Below, in pieces: positions 12,986 to 29,670 of a stretch of 64,000 bases of DNA. The DNA comes from Eledone cirrhosa (lineage: Eukaryota). Below the pieces are notes generated by a model. It ran no database searches, had not been told where the DNA came from, and saw nothing but the letters and a program-made list of their open reading frames with translations. The position numbers and the translations under genes were made by a program. Each line of letters begins with the position of its first letter. Within the stretch, counting starts at the first letter, position 1. The stretch is from positions 73,160,001 to 73,224,000 of the forward strand of contig OZ024743.1 in the NCBI GenBank assembly GCA_964016885.1. The letters are read 5' to 3'.

Positions 12986-14584
12986 GTTAAAATACTGGAG
13001 TGTGTTGGAGTTTTTATTTTTATTTTTATTCGGATTCTTCTTTGGACCCCCCCCCCCCTCCTCATGCGTACATAAACTTAGTGTCAACCCCTCCAAATTG
13101 ACTATGATTATATTATATTTAACCCCCCCCCCTCCTTTACGCTCCTTTCTATTATGTAATATAGTATATCGACTATATTTTATGCCCCTTTCCATCCTCC
13201 ATATATTTCTCCATTTCTGTCCCTATTAGCCTACCTTAATTCTGCTTAAGTCAGTTCTTTAGATATCGTTATGTATATGATAATAAAAAATTTTCATTCC
13301 TTTTTGTAAACATTTGTAACGAAATATTAACGTTTATAAACTTTAATGACTTAAACTATAGCTAATATTATACTGCCTTATTTAATAGTTTAAATATTTT
13401 TAATATTAATTTATCAAATAGGGTTTTTGCGTCATTTACAGGGGTTGTTTCCTTAGTTTTTACTTAACTACTTAACTGCATGTGAGACCTAAATGTATAC
13501 GTTTGTTTTTGTTTTTTAATTTTTTTAATTTCCGGTTGATTCTATTTATTTACTTTATTCTATATTTTATATATTATATTTTATATTTTATTTGTAATAC
13601 TACTGTCTGGCACTTACTCACTCATCCATATACATGTCTGTCTACCAACCTTGTAATTATAAGTAATTATATATTATGTTATATTAATTTATTTTATAAA
13701 ATATATTATATTATATTGTATTTTTTATTGTAATATTGATCCTTATTACTTACCGTTAATTATATGTAACATTATGATATGTTAAACTTTATATATCATG
13801 TAAGATGTTTGAACTTCTGTACCATCATAATTTTTTTGAGGTATTGTACAATTTATTTTTCCTCACCTACTCTTTAACCCAGTATGAATTGATTTGTTAT
13901 ATTGTTTATTATAAATGTTAATATATTGTATATCGTAAATGTTAATATATTATGATTATATTATTATTGTGACATCTATATTGTTTGTGTAAATTAACCG
14001 GAGATTATCTATCCTATTATATTGTATTATATAGCATATAACTGTATCATTTATTATTTATTATATGTGCTACTTATAATTATATCATATTATTACCTCA
14101 TGTATATTGGGTAGACGTATTAGTAATATTATTATTATTATTTTCATTCCTATCATGCTTATTTTTATATTCAAACTCTTAATAAGGTTTAATTTGTGCA
14201 GTTGAAGATGGATGTGTGTATTGTTGTATGTGTATGTGTGTTTACGTGTGTGCACATATATGCATATGCATATTGTACCTTTTGATTTTTATTGTAATTT
14301 TAATGTTGGTAAAGGTATATTATATTATATTATATTATATTATATTACATTTTATTATATATAATTCCTGCTATATATAACCACCTTTGTTTAGCTTTAG
14401 TTTTTTTTGCTCTGGACTATATTTGTAATATGGTTCTTAATGTTATATACATCCTTAGTAATTTTTATTATATATTTTTATTACTTTTATTATATATTTT
14501 TGCAATACTTTAGTCTATGTACACTCCATATTCTTCGGAGCTTCCGGCTTGTATCTGCCGATATTACCTCTTGTTGTTTTAATT

Positions 14585-14622
14585 GCCCTGATGAGTCCTT
14601 AATAGGACGAAACATTGTCGGC
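14585..14622 (+). ncRNA. Type I hammerhead ribozyme at the 3' end of an AT-rich, (TA)n-flanked insert (about 12983-14668)
   Basis: GCC-CTGATGA-GTCCT-TAAT-AGGAC-GAAAC-ATT-GTC-GGC, with a GUC triplet. Confidence 0.82.
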
Positions 14623-14667
14623 TAATAAAGACTTTTGATGTATTGAAGGCTTCTTTGTTTTACTCTC

Positions 14668-14789
<122 letters not shown>

Positions 14790-14874
14790 GTAAGTATGTC
14801 TTGAAACAGTGAGCGAGTTTGAAATTAGAAATATAAGCTTTCACCGTATTTAGTCAAAAATACGGTGAAAGCAT

Positions 14875-14942
<68 letters not shown>

Positions 14943-15120
14943 GATATCTTAACAAATGGAAACTATATTTATAAAACCATATTTATTTCATTATACATAT
15001 TTCAAGGACACCAAGTTAAATTATGGTGTGCTTTCATCAGATAAAATATAATATAGATCAGTTTTATAAATAAATATTGACTAACCCTTAAAGAATGCGA
15101 CCATTTCTGTTGGAAGCTCC

Positions 15121-15180
<60 letters not shown>

Positions 15181-15350
15181 CTTTCACCGTATTTGCGTGT
15201 GTATCTGTGTCCTCTATGCGTGTAAGTTTGGATAGTTAATAACAATTCGATATTTTGCCATTTGGAACTAAATACTGATTACTTAGTTATGAGTTTATTT
15301 CTCTTTCACTGTAATACACTCATGAATTGTTCATATATATATTAATATAT

Positions 15351-15500
<150 letters not shown>

Positions 15501-16608
15501 GTGTGTGTTTGCGTGGTGGTGATGGTGGGCTGTGTGTATGTTTGTTATTTCCAAATCAATGAAAATGTTGACATGTGTCTGAATTAGCTGCTGTAGCTAC
15601 ACACGCTAGAGAACAGCTCTGGGTCTTGCAATAGCAATCAACTATCGTTTACGTTACACATTTCCGTCTAAATTAGGATAAACGAAATACTGTCTAACAT
15701 GATCTTCATATTGCTAACCAGATTTTACAAACTATATTACACCTCAAAAGGGAGCATTTGGTGGGGTGGGGAAATGATTTATAAAGAACTTTTTTAAATA
15801 CCTCACTACTAAAATCTCTTAACCTATAAACGATTACCTATATTACAGGAATGATGTCTGTGTACGTTTTTAAAAATTAGATAGTTGCCTCTGGAATGTT
15901 ATTAGGAAGAATAGACACAAACTTTAGGCATAAATCGTATGTATTCTGCCAGAAATCTCCTCTATATGGAATGATGACATCAGGGAACATTTGGAGTTTA
16001 ATGTATGTAGGTTATATCTAAACATTCCACAATCTTTAGGTGTACTTCAGTAGTGCTAACTATTGAAGCATACACAAAAATAAAATTTGCTATCGATAAC
16101 TTAATGAAGAAAATTACTATAAATGGATAAATGGATGCATAATTATAGGTAGACAGAGTAGTGTTCGATCCTTTGAAAAAGGTATTAGCACTGTAAAGGA
16201 ACCGTCATACATTTTTCTGTATACTATTTATAAATATATTTCATGATTTAATGATGAATAGCGTTAAGGTGTGGACTTAATTAGATATTAGGTGTCTGGA
16301 TTGGTGAATACTTACTCCTCTAAACCTAACATTCAAAGTTTATATTTTTGAATGGAACCAGTTCACTTCACATAACAGTCCACATCGTACTTGTATCAGA
16401 AAATCTAGACAGTCTTTGGAAAGCGGCATCGCCATTCTTTACAGTCAAATGAAAAAATGTATTGGCATCATCAAAGGAGGAAGAAAAGAGCTAAACAATA
16501 AAATAACTATATTGTATGCATGTATACATGTGTGTGTGCGTGGGTTTATAAACTCAGTGTGTATTTACAGAATAAATCTGTTACATAAAAATGATTGCAC
16601 ACACAAAT

Positions 16609-16685
<77 letters not shown>

Positions 16686-17152
16686 TATGTATATATGTGT
16701 GTCCGCATGTATCTGTGTGTTTCTAAATATATTAATAACTCCCTCTGGTCGAGCAATCTTTGAAGTGTGGGGACAACTGGAAAGCTTCCATTACTCATAC
16801 TTCTCGCCTTCTTCACTACCTCTTCTACGGCCTCGATATGAATACCCCCTCCGCCTCCGTGGTATTTTCTTCGTGGTTATAAGAGGCTTAGCTCTGTTTC
16901 TCGACCGTTATATCGCGTGACTATCTCCCCCTCCGCCTTTTGGGATTCTTTCTCACGTCGTGTAGACGCGTTCTTGAGACTAGTAAAAGGAGGTATCCTC
17001 TTGATAAGTCGGCAGACCTCGCAAGGACTCTATATCTTTGATATATTGTTTTTGTTTATGCCACGAAACTACGTAGTCGAGGAATTTAGGAACAGTTTAG
17101 GTATGATACATTTTATTACTAATTATATCTAAATGTTTCTTCTCTCTTCATA

Positions 17153-17188
<36 letters not shown>

Positions 17189-17559
17189 TTGAAGAAACAG
17201 GGAGATGTGGTTACTTGATGATGGTGTATTTAAAAATAAAAGGAAAGAACAAACGGGGGACATTCCCATCATTAGTTGTTGCTGGAGATCGCGGACATTT
17301 GAACGCATTAAAGACAGTATGTCTAGCTCCAGTGCATCAATAACTATTGGAAGTTATTGAGGATAAAAGGGGAGACAAAAAATTAGACAGAAGGAGGAAA
17401 AGGAAAAAAAATCGCAGAGAACCTCTCTGTCGCCCCTCTCTCTCTCTCCCCTCTCTCTCTCTCCTCTCACTCTCCCCTCTCTCTCCCCCTTCTATCTCTC
17501 TTCTCTCCCTCCCCTCTCTCTCCCACTCACTTTTACTCTGTTACACATCCACACATACA

Positions 17560-17910
17560 ATAACACCCATACCTGCACACACATGAATGCATGCAGATAG
17601 GCATACATATCTATCTAGTTGATGTTGTGTAGATTCCAATGAGAGAGTCTTGTGTCTTTGTTAGAAACTGACTCTCTCTCTATTGATAAAAAATTGTGAA
17701 ATTATAAAACCAGAAGAACATACATACGTACATACACATACATATATACATACACACATACATATATACATACATACACACATACAGATATACATACACA
17801 CACACACACATATATATATACATACATAGACACACATGCATACATACATACATACATACATACATACATACATACATACATACATACATACATACATACA
17901 TACATACACA
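17560..17910 (+). mobile_element. 3' UTR of R4/Dong-like LINE with (TACA)n
   Basis: Matches 44040-44180 (ctagttgatgttgtg...attataaaaccagaagaacatac). Confidence 0.75.
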
Positions 17911-18505
17911 CATATACATACATACATGCATACACACATACATATACTTCATCTGATGGTTGACTTTTCTGTACACACACACACACACATGTACAAACAT
18001 ATATTTATATACACACACATACATCTATATGTGTATGTATGTGTGTATATATATGTATATATAAGTTACACATAGCCACATGACAACGACTATGTGCTAA
18101 CTTTGCCAGGGAAATGGTAATTGGATGTCTTTCTCCTTACATTATTGACAAGATGTTAAGTGGTCAGGCATCAGATATCTATATACCAAATATCTATCAT
18201 TGGACAATAAAAACAATATGTACCTACCTAACCAATTTGTCTATGTTTCTATCTGTTTGTCTACGAATCTGTATGTATATTTATCTATCCCTATCTATTT
18301 CTATCTCTTTATCTATAGATATATGTATTTATAGATCTATATATCTACCTACCTCTCTGTTTGTCTGGCATTTTATACTTCTGTCTGAATGTCAATCTAT
18401 AGTTATCTATTAATGTATATATATACCATTGTATCTATCTTTGCACACAAAAAAACAGTAATAAAAACGAATCTCAAATGCTAATACCTGTCTGAGGATA
18501 AAGGA

Positions 18506-18546
<41 letters not shown>

Positions 18547-18593
18547 ATAGATAGTTAGATAGATAGATAGATAGACAGATAGATAGATAGATA

Positions 18594-19650
18594 AATTTAT
18601 TTATTAGTCACAAGGGCACAAAAGAAGGGGACAAATACAAACGGGAGTTTACATACAAGTATATGAAAATAAAACTATTAATAAAATAACAAATAACAAT
18701 TGAAATCCCCAATAGGGGGGAGGCGTTACACCTGGGTTGTACACACCCCGAAAAAATGTACAACCCCATCTCCAGGAGCACCAAGAGTGAGTACTCCCTT
18801 CATTTCTTCCTCTTTTTCCTCAATCTACAGGCTTATATAGAGAGACGGCCCAACTACTCAGGCCATCTTTGCCACATTCACCCACCTTTTATAAAATATG
18901 CTAGGGTACAGCACCTCTCTCTCTATCCTGATTCTTCTTCCAAAATGATATTTGAAAAAATGAATCAGTTGCTCGCCGGAGAGAAAGGTGTGTGATCTCA
19001 GCCCTTTTAACCTAGTCCACCATATAACCTCTTTCACCATAGCCATATCACATAGGAAAACCGCCTCTCCCTCGTTTATTAAGAAGGGTGGCGGTTTGAT
19101 CATGACAATGGACTCGGTGGTCAACTGGATTGGTCCCACTCGCGATAATAGTCGTTCCACAGGTCGGTAATGCCCGGGCAGTGTACAAATGCGTGTACGA
19201 CGGTTTCCTCGTCGCGCACGCATCTCGGACAGATCTTTTTCGAAGGGTCCCTGCCCGGACGCCCGTGTCTGTAGAGCTTTTCTCGAACTGGTAGAGCTCC
19301 TCGGTAGCACTGCCAGATCAGGGACTTTTGGAAGTTGTCCATTGGACCCGGGCGGAAGGTCCTACCGAACATACTGGCCAGTTCGTCCTCCTCTACGCCT
19401 AGAGTTTCTCCGAGAGCGTCGTCGCACTTGCTGCGGATCAACCCTCTATAGAATGTCGAAGTGCAGTCTCCACCGATCGCCGGGTCCGTTTGCCAGAGGA
19501 CTGTGAGCGCCTGAGCACATTCGATGTGCCAGTCGCCCATTTTCCTCGGTCTTTGCTTGACCCAAGACTGCAGCTCGGTTAGCGGGATGTGTCGTAAGAA
19601 GGCTCGCCTCACGAACGGGGCCCACACCGGTTGTCCGGTGAGGAATACGT
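18594..19650 (-). mobile_element. 5'-truncated Tx1/L1-clade LINE inserted in (GATA)n
   Basis: ORF2 C-terminus with CCHC knuckle CPRCVRDEETVVHAFVHCP and KEVIWWTR...RIRIER. Frameshifted. (GATA)n on both sides. Confidence 0.8.
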
Positions 19651-19652
19651 GG

Positions 19653-19786
<134 letters not shown>

Positions 19787-20045
19787 ATAAAGTCAATATA
19801 GAAGTGATGTGTGTTAGATATTGATTATGGAAATTGTGTAAGAAAATTATTGTAATTAATTTATATGAATGTAAAATAAAATACGGCAAAATCCGTTGTG
19901 ACAAGAGGTGGCAGAATTCAAGGGAAGTTAATATTAAATTACACATTTTTTGGTAAACCTCGTCATTGCTGACGCGTACTATGCTAATATAAACCCACAC
20001 ACACACCACACACACACTCACACTCACACACACACATATGCATGC

Positions 20046-20119
<74 letters not shown>

Positions 20120-20622
20120 AAGGAAATCTAAATAAATAAATAAATATATATATATATACACAAATATAATAACAGCAAACACATATAAACACACACTAGT
20201 GAACAAAGATAGAATGCGAAAACAAAACATACACTCAAACGGGAACACACACACCAAACATTATACACACACACAAACGCATTCTCAGAGACAGAGACAA
20301 GAAGAAATAAATAGATTAATTAAAATTAAAATGGCGTAGACATACAATACAATAGGAGGAAACGAAATATAATAGTACCACTGATGATGTTGCAGATGTG
20401 CAACGAAAGAACTTTGATAGACTATATATATATATTTTTATCTGTTATTTTAACCGTTGGTCAAATAAATTAACTATAAAGATATGAAAGATGCAGAAGC
20501 TAAAAACCAACCAAACAGTGAGTGTGTTCTGTTATTATTTCTGGCAATATTACAACAATATGACCCTCCCCAAGTATAACAATATATATATATACTTATA
20601 TATATTTATGATTATATATATT

Positions 20623-20717
<95 letters not shown>

Positions 20718-20760
20718 TTGTGTGTGTGTGTATGTTTGTGTATGTATGTATGCATGTATG

Positions 20761-21172
20761 AGAGATGACCCCTTAGCGTTTGTCAAGGCACCATTCTAGG
20801 AGAATGGAAACCTCTGATATAACACCTGCAGCCCTGATGGTATCCAATGATGTTGACTTGTTCTTTTTGATAAATATCATCTTGGTTAAGAGAGTGGGAC
20901 TGGCTTTGTGCAGTGTCTTTGCTCACTATAAAAGCTTCACGGCACAGGCATTGCTTTATATCTGAAGATCTCTCTGCACTTGTGGTCACGTGGTACCATG
21001 GGCCCAGCACTATGTGTCAATATTTGTCACAGGTGTAGTGGTTGTACCAGAGTTTTCAAGTCGCTGGCTGGACTAAAAAGTCACACTCGTTTAGCGCCTC
21101 GGTAAGGGTTCTCCTACATGGATATAAAGTAGTGGCCGTACTCGAAAACGAGTTCGCAGCCACCATGTATGT
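20761..21172 (+). mobile_element. Truncated copy of the 615-bp element
   Basis: Aligns with 11923-12336. Confidence 0.85.
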
Positions 21173-21286
21173 GTATACGTAGACAGATCCACGTATATAT
21201 ATATATAGAAGGAAGTGTGGTAAGGAACCAGGTGTACCATAATGCACCAGAGTACTCGATACTTTGGGTAGTAAAGTGGGTAATAG

Positions 21287-21398
21287 GAAAAGACTCAGGA
21301 TCACGACGGCAGAGCTCAAGCCGTTTCAACGGCTATTTCTGAGTCCATAAATAGCCGTCGATACGGCTTGAGCTCTGCCGTCGTGATCCTGAGTCTTT

Positions 21399-21400
<2 letters not shown>
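21287..21400. repeat. Perfect 38-bp inverted repeat with a nested 10-bp stem
   Basis: Arms 21287-21324 and 21363-21400. Inner ACGGCTATTT/AAATAGCCGT. Confidence 0.9.
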
Positions 21401-21444
<44 letters not shown>

Positions 21445-21759
21445 CGGGCTTATATATTTGTATCTGTCTACGTATACACATACATAAATACACATATATA
21501 TACAAGATAATACATGTATTCGTAAAATTCAATTAACTCGGATAGCAGTAATTGATTTATATATGTGGCAATATTCTATAATTGTTCTTAAAGTATATTT
21601 GCATTATATTTGCATATGAAAGATAAAAGTAAAGTTAAAATGTTTGCTTAACAATTGCCATCTCATGGTGACAGGAAAAATTGGATTCGATAACATTTCT
21701 AAGAAATTCAATCAGAAAGTTAATATTTTATGTAATAACTCTATATAGAAAAACAAACA

Positions 21760-22832
<1,073 letters not shown>

Positions 22833-23273
22833 TATGTGTGAATATCAGTGCCGGCGGCGTGTCGGTGAACGGGTCGATTATTGTCTATGTGAGTGTTGGC
22901 GAGAATATATGTATGTGAAGTATATCTAATGTAGATAGAATAATAGAACAATACTTATATTCACCCTGAAAAAATATGTACACAAATAAATTACTTTAAT
23001 TATTAAACATTCATCGTCTCAATGTAATAAAATAGTCTTCTAGCTGTGTGAATTTATAGATTTTTATTTGAATGAAGTAAATGTTTATTGTTTCTAACCC
23101 AATAGCTGATTTCTTTTAGCAATCTTATTTTTAGCTAGCTGATACAACGTATCTGTAAATAGTCAATTTACCATATACTAATGATACGTGTTGCATTAGC
23201 TTACTCTACTGAGTTCATAACTTCCCAAATATATACCAGTTTTTTTTTCCTTTTCAAAGTGAATATCCTTTAA

Positions 23274-24036
23274 CCCTATAAAGCCTGGTCTGTTTATGGG
23301 CTACGTAATCCTGGGTGGGTTTCTAAGATTCCCCCTGCTTTGTTACTGAACTACTAATGCTATGGCAGTAAAAATTGGCGAAAGTATCGAACATTGATAT
23401 GCAAATTTTACCCTATTACAAAATTGTTACTGACGACGTCATTTATCTAATCACGTCATCAGTTGTACCCAGATTTGTTACAATTTAGTTCTTTTTATAG
23501 TATTCGAAAGTTTTCCAGATCCACTAAAGCTATTAACTTGAAAATTTGCAGGGATATAGGTAATACATATAGGTACTGTGATATAGGTACTGTATATAGG
23601 TACTGTCACGTACCTTTTTCTTGCCATGTTTGCTATTAATGAAACAACAACGAAGCAATGTCAAGAATTTTAGCAAAATGTATCAAAAATTATTGCGATA
23701 GAAACGACGTAGTTGCCATGCAACTCTAAACACATACATTCGATTGGTTATGTTGTTTGCCCATATTTTTTTGTTACAAACGCTAAAAAATTCAAATTTT
23801 GTACCAAGAAAAATCAAATAAATATCATCATTCTATACCACTTGTTCAACAGCTATTGTTTCCATGGCAAAGGGGAGAATAATTTCAAAACAAGTTATGT
23901 GAACATTTAATAGTATAAATTTTAGAAAAGTCAACAAATTTCAGAGAAAAATCTTCTTCCTTTCAAACGTTATGCAAAAATGCCCACGGGGAGCCCTGTG
24001 AGCCTACAACACACCACCCTTCTAGGCATAAATGAG
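23274..24036. mobile_element. Possible old non-autonomous DNA transposon with TTAA target site
   Basis: TTAA-CCCTATAAAGCCTGG ... CTAGGCATAAATGAG-TTAA. The TIR is degenerate (9/15). Confidence 0.35.
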
Positions 24037-24199
24037 TTAAGATAACATGATATTGAAGACAGCATGGGTGAATGGTTAAGAAGTTTATTCACAACCGTAA
24101 AACTTCAGGTTCAATCGAGTACACCGCAATTGATTTTGAGTTTTGTGAATGAAGTTAGACTAAAATTGTTTGGAAGGCCTTCGGATGGACTGTATTCAT

Positions 24200-24488
24200 A
24201 TTAATTGTTTCTACTTTTGACACAAGCCAGCAATTACGCAGAGCATTACTGGTACTTTATTTTATCGACCCCGTAAGGATGAAAGGCAAAGTTAACCTCG
24301 GCTGGATTTGAACTCAGAATGGCAAGGGTCGTAACTCAATTCATCAAAGCACGGCATCCGACCCTTTATCGACACTGCCAATCCACCATTCATATTAATT
24401 GTTTCTACTATTGGCGCAAGGCCAGCAATTATCCAGTACATTACTGGTACTTTATTTTATCGACCCCGTAAGGATGAAAGGCAAAGTT
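24200..24488 (-). mobile_element. SINE plus an adjacent truncated SINE
   Basis: Main SINE consensus. catattaat is repeated at the junctions. Confidence 0.8.
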
Positions 24489-24998
24489 ACATATTAATGA
24501 GAACTAACGTTATCACACAATATGCACAAAGGAGAAGCCTGTTGATTACGTTAAGTTACACGAGTCTGTGGGATACACTTATCGGTTATTATACTAGAAG
24601 GATGTTCACTTGATAGAACAATCATATTATTCACCGTCAAAATCGACCGAGTTCCATGTTTAATCATAATATTCAAGCAAATATCAGTTATGGTAATACC
24701 GATTCGTTGTGTTTGAAATCATGGTTTGTACAAATATCAAATTACTAATTAATTTTTTTGTAAGTTTCATTTTAGTGCACTTGTTGCGTGTGTATTTTTT
24801 TCTATGGTATAAAGTTCACCATAGGTGACGAATTGGCAGAGTCTTTAGAACGTCAAATAGAATCGTTTGTTTTATTCTGTTAGGCCCTCTGCCGACGAGG
24901 TCAGCTTTGCCTTTCATCCATTCAAGGTCGATAAAAAAAGTAGCAATCTTCTACTAGGATCGATTCTTTCTCTATATCTCTTTGTCACTTCGATTCTG

Positions 24999-25032
<34 letters not shown>

Positions 25033-25038
25033 TATCTC

Positions 25039-25110
<72 letters not shown>

Positions 25111-25539
25111 TCTCTGTATTCAGAGCTGGAGAATATTATACTCCACAAGGATTTAAAAAGAAACAGCGTAATGTCAATACGATACCCCTACGATTCCGTC
25201 AGGAGTTACGGGAACATGCTTGCATAAGAATTTTGCTTAAATTCAATTTATTTTCAAACATAGGAAGAGGTAAACTAGGGTTGGTATCTAGAGTTTATTG
25301 CTGATAAGAATCACTTGTCACCACATCAATGTACCAGGTGTTGTGTGCATCTCGGTGTTTCAAATCATTTTGCTCTCTTGTTTATTTAACTATAGTATCT
25401 ATTTTTACCTTCGAAATATTTGGGTAGTGAATGCCTTCGTCATCAAAATGATCTATAGAATTCTATTGTTTTATATATACCGTTAATAAAATTGCTAGCA
25501 AAGATTACTTTCAGTACCTGTTATTACGTTGGGGATTAG

Positions 25540-26260
25540 GAAAACGGGCTTGCTTTATCGGTTGAGCATTGGACAACATGCTTTGCCGTATATTATTACG
25601 AATTTTTACGATCTGAATTCAAATCCCACCAAGATCAATTTTGTTTTTCATCCTTCCTGGGTCAATGAAATAAAGTACCATTTAACAATTGGAGTCGATA
25701 TAATCCAGTTACCTCTTTTCCCAAATCGATGGCCTTGTGCCAATGTTAAAACATTGTACAGAGGCGATTACCAGAATCAAAACAATTTCAGTTTCATAAC
25801 CTTTGATAGAAATCCTTTGTTTTGGACGCTCATTAGATGGAAATTACCAATAAAAATGATTTTTATAAGCTATAATGATTTCTGATTTTTGGCACAAGGC
25901 CAAACATTTTGGGGCAGAGGAAAATTGATTACATCGTGTTACTGGGGCTTTATTTTATGAACCCCGTATGTAAGGCATTGCTAACCTCGGCAGGATTTGA
26001 ACGTAAAGCGCCATAACTAAATACTGCAAAGCATTTTGTCCGACGTTCTAACAATTCTGCCAGTCTATTGCTCTTAATAATGGTTTCTGATTTAGACACA
26101 AGCCAACAATACTGGGGGGGGGGGGAGTCGTGTAAATCGACCCCGGTGTGTTACTGGTACTTTATTTTATCCACCACGTAAGGATGAAAGGCAAAGCTAA
26201 CCTCTACGGGATATGAACAGAGAACGTAAAGTGTCATAACTCCATTCCATGAAGCATGAG
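25540..26260. mobile_element. Three diverged SINEs (25540-25745 +, 25878-26075 -, 26080-26260 -)
   Basis: Central domain and B-box remnants. Confidence 0.7.
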
Positions 26261-26752
26261 ATATATGGTAATACTCGGTATTATTCTGCGTCATACCAGT
26301 CACATCCTTCATGTTTAACAAGCTCTCGTTCTACATTCCGCCCCCTTATTTCTTCAGTTTCCCTTAAATATCTTACTATACTTGATATTCAACTCATCTG
26401 TCATGGTGGTTGTATTTATAAGATTTCTTAAGATTGTTACTTAGAATACTATATATTCTAACATGTCATCTACTCGCCTCGTTGACATGAAACTAACTCA
26501 GATTCTGATACACTTTCCTCTATAACTGAATATATTCAAACAATTTCACTATGCATTAGCCTAAATTATTTTTAGAATATTCCTGGAACATTCCAATCAG
26601 AATTGAATTGCTATCAAATACAATCTTACGAATAGATATGCTTCTTTGCAAACGATAAAAGACGTGTACAGTATTATCGCCTAATTAAGTTACTAATTTC
26701 ATTTTTGCATCCAGAATTACAGATGGAACATCTAATCATATAGTCGTCGTCG

Positions 26753-27420
26753 TCTTCTTCTTCTTCTTCTTCTTCTTCTTCTTCTTCTTCTTCTTCTTCT
26801 TCTTCTTCTTCTTCTTCTTCTTCTTCTTCTTCTTCTTCTTTGCCCACTTATTCCTGAGAAGGTAGTGGAAGCAAAGTCCTCAAAAATTCCACAAATTCCT
26901 GTCAGAAGCAAACGTCTCCAACTGATCCAGCTGGATCCCCAAGTGAGACTAGCCAAGCTTATTGATGTTACCAAACAACTTTGCTCAGAGTTTACCCATG
27001 GGTCTCCTGCCAGCTGATTTTTCTGTAAAATCTATCCAGCGATTCTTTCTTGCTACACTCTAACCAAAATTCCATAGTATCGGAGCTGTGATCTCAATTC
27101 GGAGTAGTAGCGGCTCTACCTGGAGTGACTTCCTGATCTCCGAGCTACACACTTTATCGAGTAGCCTTATTCCAAACACCCTTCGAAGGAACCCAATTTC
27201 GGCCGCTTGTATTCGCGATCGAATTCTTTTGATCATTACCCAACATTCATGTCCATAAGTAAGGGTTGCTACAAATACCGAATTAAAGACAGAGAGTTTG
27301 GCTTTTACGCCTACCTCCCTTCTTCTCATTACGGAATGCTGAAGCTGGCGAATTACTGCAGCAGCTCCAGGAATTCTTGCACTTAATTCAGCCTCCTGCC
27401 TTCCATCATTCGAGAACTTC
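26753..27420 (-). mobile_element. RTE-clade LINE 3' portion with (GAA)n tail
   Basis: KAKLSVFNSVFVATLTYGHECWVM..RIRSRIQAAEIGFLRR. (TTC)n on the plus strand. Confidence 0.85.
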
Positions 27421-27669
27421 TCTCCCTGCCTAATTATGTTACTAATTTCATTCTTGCATCTATAATTACAGAAGTAACATAAATTATATAGTCATTTGAT
27501 AATCTATATATTAATCCATATTCCTTTTGATAACTTAGTGACCTCTCATAAGAGATATCACCAACATATCTTTAAACAGAGAGGCCTTTCTCTGCGACTG
27601 CACATACACGAAATAGAATATAACATTTGCTTTGATATATTAATAAAATGACAGCTTCATGTGTTTCTT

Positions 27670-28561
<892 letters not shown>

Positions 28562-29459
28562 GCTGTTACATCACAACTTTATAATTGAAACGGATTTTCT
28601 AAAGTTAAGATAAAATAATTTCGACGCATTGAAAGAAATCTATATTTTACTGCTAGGATTTTATTTCATCACTATAGTTTTGAGTCGACTCATGAGTGTG
28701 GGTGAAGTTTGTTAGATGGAAATTGATGGATGCCCGTCAGATTGCGTGTAAATGTAATTGAAATGGTTAATCTTTTCATAAATCGTGTCACATTGAATCT
28801 TCCAGAGAATTATGTTAAGATTACGCATGGCTATGTAATGTCCCGCCAGATACACGTTAATTTCTTGAGCAAAGAGTTTCGTTGATCGAACAACCGAAAG
28901 GTTCATCATCAAAAACGACGGATGTCCATAGATATTAGTAAACATCGGAGAGAACTAATAGAGAGGTCAGTGTAATTCGTGTTATATGTTCAATGGTGTG
29001 CCAGTAAAATATAACATGTAAATACAATCGATGAAGGAAAGCTACACAGACAATGTATCATATAACGAGAGTTTGGTATTAAAATATATTACCCGTATAC
29101 CATTTATCAGAGTATAATTTACTTCTTTGATCATCAGCCATTCTTTCTCTGTTTTGATTGCTAAATAGAATGCAGCCATTAAAAGTCATGATTTAATGTG
29201 GCGTAAAATGATTAGCATTTATTTGTATCTGTTTTCTTTTTGTATTCAATTTTTATCGTTTTTAAATATTTGTATTAGTTAAAACTCTACCATTATATCG
29301 GTAATTTACAAGCAATATATGTTAATTCTAATTGTATAACTGCTACATAAACATTCTCAAATACATTAGATATTTCTTTCGTAGTGCATTCACCATATCG
29401 TCCTTCTGCTCTTCATCTACGAATGTATACAAATGTATACTAATCTCTACGTAGTATAA

Positions 29460-29670
29460 TGATTTCTACTATAGGCACAAGGCCAGCAATTTTGGGGGAG
29501 GAGAAAGTCGATTAAATCGACCCCAGTGCATTACTGGTGCTTTATTTTATCGACTCTGAAAGGATGAAAGGCAAAATTACCTCGTCGGGATTTGAACTCA
29601 GAACATAAAGCTCCATAAGCTGCAAAGCATGGTGTCTGATTATCTATCGATACAACTGATCCACCGCCCT
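29460..29670 (-). mobile_element. SINE (main family)
   Basis: Reverse-complement consensus match. Confidence 0.8.

Noticed and set aside
28560-28960. Possible mariner transposase remnant on the minus strand
   Set aside because: Only faint resemblance. No catalytic motif could be read with confidence.
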